Origin: an uncultured Acidobacteriota bacterium | Lineage (GTDB): Bacteria; Acidobacteriota; Thermoanaerobaculia; UBA5066; DATFVB01 | Direction of reading: 5' to 3' | DNA length: 64,000 bases | Assembly (NCBI GenBank): GCA_963813155.1 | Contig: CAWEYG010000002.1 | Location: 128,001-192,000 of the forward strand | Shown here: in pieces, positions 59,538 to 64,000 of the stretch | How the letters are laid out: each line of letters opens with the position of its first letter | Numbering within the stretch: position 1 is the first letter of the stretch | The notes under the pieces: generated by a model | The model's input: the letters and a program-made list of their open reading frames with translations, nothing else | Databases searched by the model: none | Told to the model about the DNA's origin: nothing | Position numbers and translations under genes: made by a program

Positions 59538-61674
59538 ATGCTCATGCGGACTCTCTGGATATCGGCACTCGCTCTGGTCCCCGCGGTCCTGGCCGCGCAG
59601 ACGCAGGACCCCGGACAACCTTCTCCCGCTGTCTCGGAATCGGTCGTGGTCTCCGCGACCCGCGGTCCCGAAATCGAAACCGAGATCCCCGGCCAGGCCA
59701 CCGTGATCACGGGCGACGAGCTTCGGCGGGAAAACGTCAAGACCGTCGCCGACGCCCTTCAGGACGTCGTCGGACTCGATACCGGCACGGGCTCCGACAA
59801 CGGCGGCCGCCAGCCGAACGTCGGCCTCTGGGGGCTCAAAGAGTTCGATGCGCTCCTGTTCATGGTGGACGGAGTCCCCGTCGGCGGGCCCTTCAACCCA
59901 TCCCTTTCGCAGATCAACATCGAAGACGTCGACCGGATCGAGATCGTGAAGGGGCCGCAGGGAACCCTCTACGGGGTTTCGGGGTTCGCCGGGATGATCC
60001 AGATCTTCACGAAAGGCGCGTCCGAGGGGACGCACGCGTCGGTCTCCGGCGGCTCCTTCTCCGACGGCCGCGTGGACGCTTCGACAAACTTCAAGCTCGG
60101 CGCTTCGAAGGTGCGGCTCTTCGGCAACCTCGAGCGGTCGAAAGGCTGGCAGGACCGCACGGATTTCAAAGACGATCGCGGCGGGTTTCGCATCGATAAT
60201 CCCCTTCCCGGCGGCGGCAACCTCGCCGTGATCTTCGACGCGTACCGCAACACGCAGTTCTTCGGGTCGCCGCTTCCGGTAGACCCGCCGAGCGGCGAGA
60301 CGATCGAAGGCTTCCGCGTCGACCGCAACTACGAAGTCGGGGGCGCCCGGCTCGACCACCGCCTCTACTCGCTGACGGCGGATTTTGAGAAGCCGATCTC
60401 GAAGAACTTCACGATCCAGAACACCCTGTCGTACACGCACGACGACCAGATCTCCGTTCGATCCTTCGTCGACGCGGGGAGCGTCTCCGACAACACCGTG
60501 GATTCCTCCGGCGTCGCGCTGAAGCCGACCGAAAAAGACTTCTACGAAGACCTCCACTTCACGGCGAATTTCGAGGCCGCGGGCCATCACCGCCTCGTCG
60601 GCGGCGCCGCGCTCACGTGGGGCCGCACCGTCGCGAGCGGGGAGGGATTCGACTTCACGCTGCAACTGGACCCGGTCGCCGTCCCGAACCTCAGCGATAT
60701 CCCCGCGGGAGATCACCGCTCCTTCGTGGACCGGCGAACGTTCTTCGGCGTCTACGCGAACGACGAATGGACTCCGATCGACGCGCTCACGATCACGGCC
60801 GGGGCCCGTTTCGACAGTGTCTCCGAAAGCCTTTTCGCGAAGGGGCAGGAGGTCGGCGATCCCGAGGCGGACGTCTCGCGCGATTCCCGGTCCGACGGAC
60901 AGTGGTCGGGCGGAATCGCGGCGCTTGCGAGGCTGATCGGTGACCGCGCGGGCGCCGTCAACGAGATCAATCTCTACGCCGCCGCGAAGTCCGCCTTCAA
61001 GCCGGCCGCCCCGAACCTGACCGAAGCGGAAAGCGCGACGATCCTGCAGCCGGAAAGAACCCGAAGCGGCGAGATCGGCGTCAAGACGCGCTGGCTCGAC
61101 CACCAGCTGTCGTTCGACCTCTCCCTCTTCCACATGATCTTCGAGAACCTCGTCGTTTCGACCGTCGGTGCCCGACGGCAACCCGGAGCTGGTCAACGCG
61201 GGCAAGGAGCGCTTCCAGGGCATGGAGCTCGAGGCGGGCTACCATCCGGCGGAGCTGCGCGACTTTTCCTTTCTCGCGGGCTACGCCCACCACGACGCGC
61301 GGTACGTCCGGTTCACGTTCATCGATCCGGACGCGGGCCTGCAGGACGCCTCCGGCCAGGAGCTCGAGCTGACGCCCCGGGACCTCTGGAATGCGAAAGC
61401 CGCTTATCACCCGACGCTCGGCCTCGGGGCCTGGGCGGCGGTGCGGCACCAGAACCACCGCCCGTTCGACAAGATCAACATCGCGTACATGCCGTCGTAC
61501 TTCGAATGGGACGCGGGCGTTTCGTGGGACTTCAGTCCCGCCGTGCGGCTCTCGCTCGTCGGAAGGAACCTCGGCGACAGCCGGCACTTCGTGGCCGAAA
61601 GCGAAATCGGCGACGCGCAGAACTACGTGGCTCCCCCACGGAGGTTCCTCGGGGAGCTGAGCGTTCACTTTTGA
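59538..61674 (+). CDS. TonB-dependent receptor (frameshift near 61168)
   Basis: ESVVVSATR TonB box, DRIEIVKGPQGTLYG plug, NLGD...PRRF, terminal Phe. Confidence 0.9.
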
Positions 61675-61693
61675 CGAGAGCGGCGGCGAGAAG

Positions 61694-62320
61694 CTAGCGA
61701 GGACGCGCCGCGGGGGCGGAAATCGAGTCGAGGATCATGCCGATCGTCTCGCGGATCTCACGATCCGAGAACGGGGGCGTTCGGCCGGAGCGTATTTCGA
61801 TGAGGCGATCCCGGATCATCCCCTCCGCGGCACCCTCGAGCGCCGATGCGGCCGCGAACTCGTTCACCGAGCCGGCGAAGGCGCCTTCGGCCTTTCCGCG
61901 GCCGATCAGCTGCCGCAGCAGCTCCGAGAACTCGCGGAATCCCTTCGAGAGAGCGACCTGAGGCCCGGGGCCCCGGAGCCGCCTTCCCTCGAAGAGAAAC
62001 AGGAACGCAAGCTCCGGGTCGGAGTCGAGGGCCGTGAGAATCCCGGAAAGGAGCCCTTCGATCGCCTTCCTCGCGGACGGAGCCGAGGCCACGGCGGGCT
62101 TGATCGCCTCGTTCACGGTGTTCCAGCCGAAGTTGAAGACCTCTTCGAGCAGGCCCGCCTTGCCGCCGAAGTAGCGCATCAGCTGCGATTCCGACGTCGC
62201 GGCTTCGCGCGCGATCGCGGACGTCGAGGCCTGCTCGTAGCCGAGCCGCGACATCAGCATCTTCGCGGAGGCCAGCAGGCGCAGGCGGCTGCTCTGGGTC
62301 CCGTCGAGATCGATCGGCAT
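61694..62320 (-). CDS. TetR/AcrR family regulator
   Basis: GY...STSAIAREA.TSES.L.RYFGGK..LL. Confidence 0.88.
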   Translation of the reverse strand: MPIDLDGTQSSRLRLLASAKMLMSRLGYEQASTSAIAREAATSESQLMRYFGGKAGLLEEVFNFGWNTVNEAIKPAVASAPSARKAIEGLLSGILTALDSDPELAFLFLFEGRRLRGPGPQVALSKGFREFSELLRQLIGRGKAEGAFAGSVNEFAAASALEGAAEGMIRDRLIEIRSGRTPPFSDREIRETIGMILDSISAPAARPR

Positions 62321-62326
62321 CGCGGC

Positions 62327-63655
62327 TCATAGTAGTACCCCCACCGCGGGAGAGTCAAAGATCTCAGCGACCGGAATCCATGTCGCGGCGGCGCCAAAAA
62401 CGAGGACGGTGAGGGGCGCGAGGAGCAGTCGCGGCGCGGACACGAGAATCCAGTCGTGGGGATCGCTGGCGCCGTGCAGGTAACAGAACACGACGAAGAG
62501 GAAGTACAGGAAAGAAAGAACCAGATATCGGACGCCGGCAGCGGGGCGTGGCGACAATGCAATGACACCGAGAAGGGCGAGCCAGGGCAGGAACCACGCT
62601 TCGTAATTGCCCGCGGCCAGCACGCTCGGCACGATGCGTGACAGGTGAACCAGCGTGAACGGCCCGTAGGGATTTGAACGGGAGTACGCCTCGCGGATTT
62701 CCTTCAAATGCCCGATCGCCATCCAACCGAGCAATACGGCGAACGGAATTCCCGCGAGTCGAACAAATCGCCCCCAGCGAATTGCCGGCTTACGGGCAAC
62801 AGAGAACGCCGCCGCCGTCAGCATCGCGAGCGCAGCGCCTTCCACCTTCGTCAACACGGCAGCAGACAGAATGACGCTCGCGAGAAGGTCTCTCCTGCTC
62901 GAAGGCGGCCAGAACGTCAGCAACGCGAGCGCCTGAGCTTCCCAGCACACGAGGAAGACCTCCGCGTTTCCGAGAGAGTTCGTGACGACGAGGCAATACC
63001 CCAGAGTAGTCACGAAGAGGCAGGTAAGGCCCGCAAGAATCGGAGCTCCCACCGACCGCCGTCCGAGCCGCCAGAAGCTCCAGCCCGCCAGCCCCACGTA
63101 AAGCGGCGTCGAGAGGATCGGCGCCCACCAGGAAAACCCCGCCCAGAGCGAGGACCACGCGAAAACCAGGGGGACCAGCGGCGGGTAGTCGGGGTGCATC
63201 AGGAAGTTGTCGCGCGCCGACAAATACCGGAAATCGATCCCGCGGTGCAGAGTGAACCACTGCGCCTTCGGGCCCCAGAAGTAGACGAAGTCGATCGAAG
63301 TCGACGTCGCCGTGATCGCCGCCATCGATACCAGCGCGACTCCCAGGACGCCGAGGGGAACGCCCCAGACCGGCAGCGATGGCAAGCTTGCTTCTCGGCT
63401 CACCCGCAACCGGCGTCTCCCCAGGTGAAGCACGGAGACGGCCGCCAGTGCGAAAAGCGGAACGCCGACGACGAGCGGACTCCAGGAGATCTTCATGAAC
63501 GAGAGAAAAGTCATCTCGACGGTCAGAATCGCGCATCCGGCCGCCACGAGGAGACCAGGCTCAAAAGCCATCGTCTCGTCGATCGCGACGACCACTGACG
63601 CCCCGAAAACCGGAAGAAGAGCGAGAGACGCCGCGTACAGCAGTGCCCGGATCAT
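62327..63655 (-). CDS. Polytopic membrane protein, GT-C-like glycosyltransferase
   Basis: Many TM helices; D...FW..KA..F, HPDYPPLVP, TK.EG. Confidence 0.65.
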   Translation of the reverse strand: MIRALLYAASLALLPVFGASVVVAIDETMAFEPGLLVAAGCAILTVEMTFLSFMKISWSPLVVGVPLFALAAVSVLHLGRRRLRVSREASLPSLPVWGVPLGVLGVALVSMAAITATSTSIDFVYFWGPKAQWFTLHRGIDFRYLSARDNFLMHPDYPPLVPLVFAWSSLWAGFSWWAPILSTPLYVGLAGWSFWRLGRRSVGAPILAGLTCLFVTTLGYCLVVTNSLGNAEVFLVCWEAQALALLTFWPPSSRRDLLASVILSAAVLTKVEGAALAMLTAAAFSVARKPAIRWGRFVRLAGIPFAVLLGWMAIGHLKEIREAYSRSNPYGPFTLVHLSRIVPSVLAAGNYEAWFLPWLALLGVIALSPRPAAGVRYLVLSFLYFLFVVFCYLHGASDPHDWILVSAPRLLLAPLTVLVFGAAATWIPVAEIFDSPAVGVLL

Positions 63656-64000
63656 CGAAGCCTGTAGAGAAAGCCGCCCGGCGGCTGAGAAACGAGCCGA
63701 TATCGCGCATCCTGTGTCGGACCTTCGAACGAGGCAAGATATTCCGGCGGATTCGCGGCGCGAACGTTCGAAGGGACGACCCGGCAATTCGGCAGCCGGC
63801 CCGATGCCGCCATGTACGCGTTCTCCACGTCCTGGAATCCCTCGTAACCGGGGCGAAGAAGAGCGACCGTGGCACCTGAGGGAACCTGCCGGCCAATCGC
63901 GTCGATGAAGAGGATCGCCGCTTCGGATGTTCGCGGCGTCGCGCCCGTCCGCGAGAGAATCGTCGCCTCGCGGCGGAACGTGAAGCGCCCCCTCATCCTC
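63652..64000 (-). CDS. Hypothetical protein (3' part, runs off window)
   Basis: Open frame whose TGA overlaps the next ATG (ATGA coupling). Confidence 0.5.
   Translation of the reverse strand, partial: RMRGRFTFRREATILSRTGATPRTSEAAILFIDAIGRQVPSGATVALLRPGYEGFQDVENAYMAASGRLPNCRVVPSNVRAANPPEYLASFEGPTQDARYRLVSQPPGGFLYRLR

Overview
High-GC chromosomal window; the gene content suggests an Acidobacteriota-like bacterium (inference). Scattered single-base frameshifts, several in essential genes, look like long-read assembly errors. Housekeeping loci: yceD-rpmF-plsX-fabH-fabD...fabG, glmU-glmS-uvrD/pcrA, mutY, an RluA-family synthase, two aminopeptidase P genes, a three-GT4 + WcaJ-like glycan locus, a MacAB-like ABC exporter, a sulfite-oxidase-family/cytochrome b pair and two TonB-dependent receptors. 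I found no rRNA, tRNA, CRISPR array, transposase or integrase. Main observations: (1) a deiodinase-like selenoprotein split by an in-frame UGA with a SECIS-like hairpin, missed by the ORF track; (2) a ~171-bp repeated intergenic element with compensatory base changes and variable loops, one of several palindromic repeat modules; (3) a hydroxyproline catabolic operon bracketed by 60-bp direct repeats and lying between fabD and fabG; (4) a lone signal-peptide-bearing protein resembling a phage tail tube; (5) at least 13 genes with an apparently leaderless architecture; (6) a stand-alone PKS-type C-methyltransferase, an orphan BoxB-like diiron enzyme and a possible arrest-peptide leader before a TonB receptor. 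All family calls come from motif recognition by eye, not database searches.
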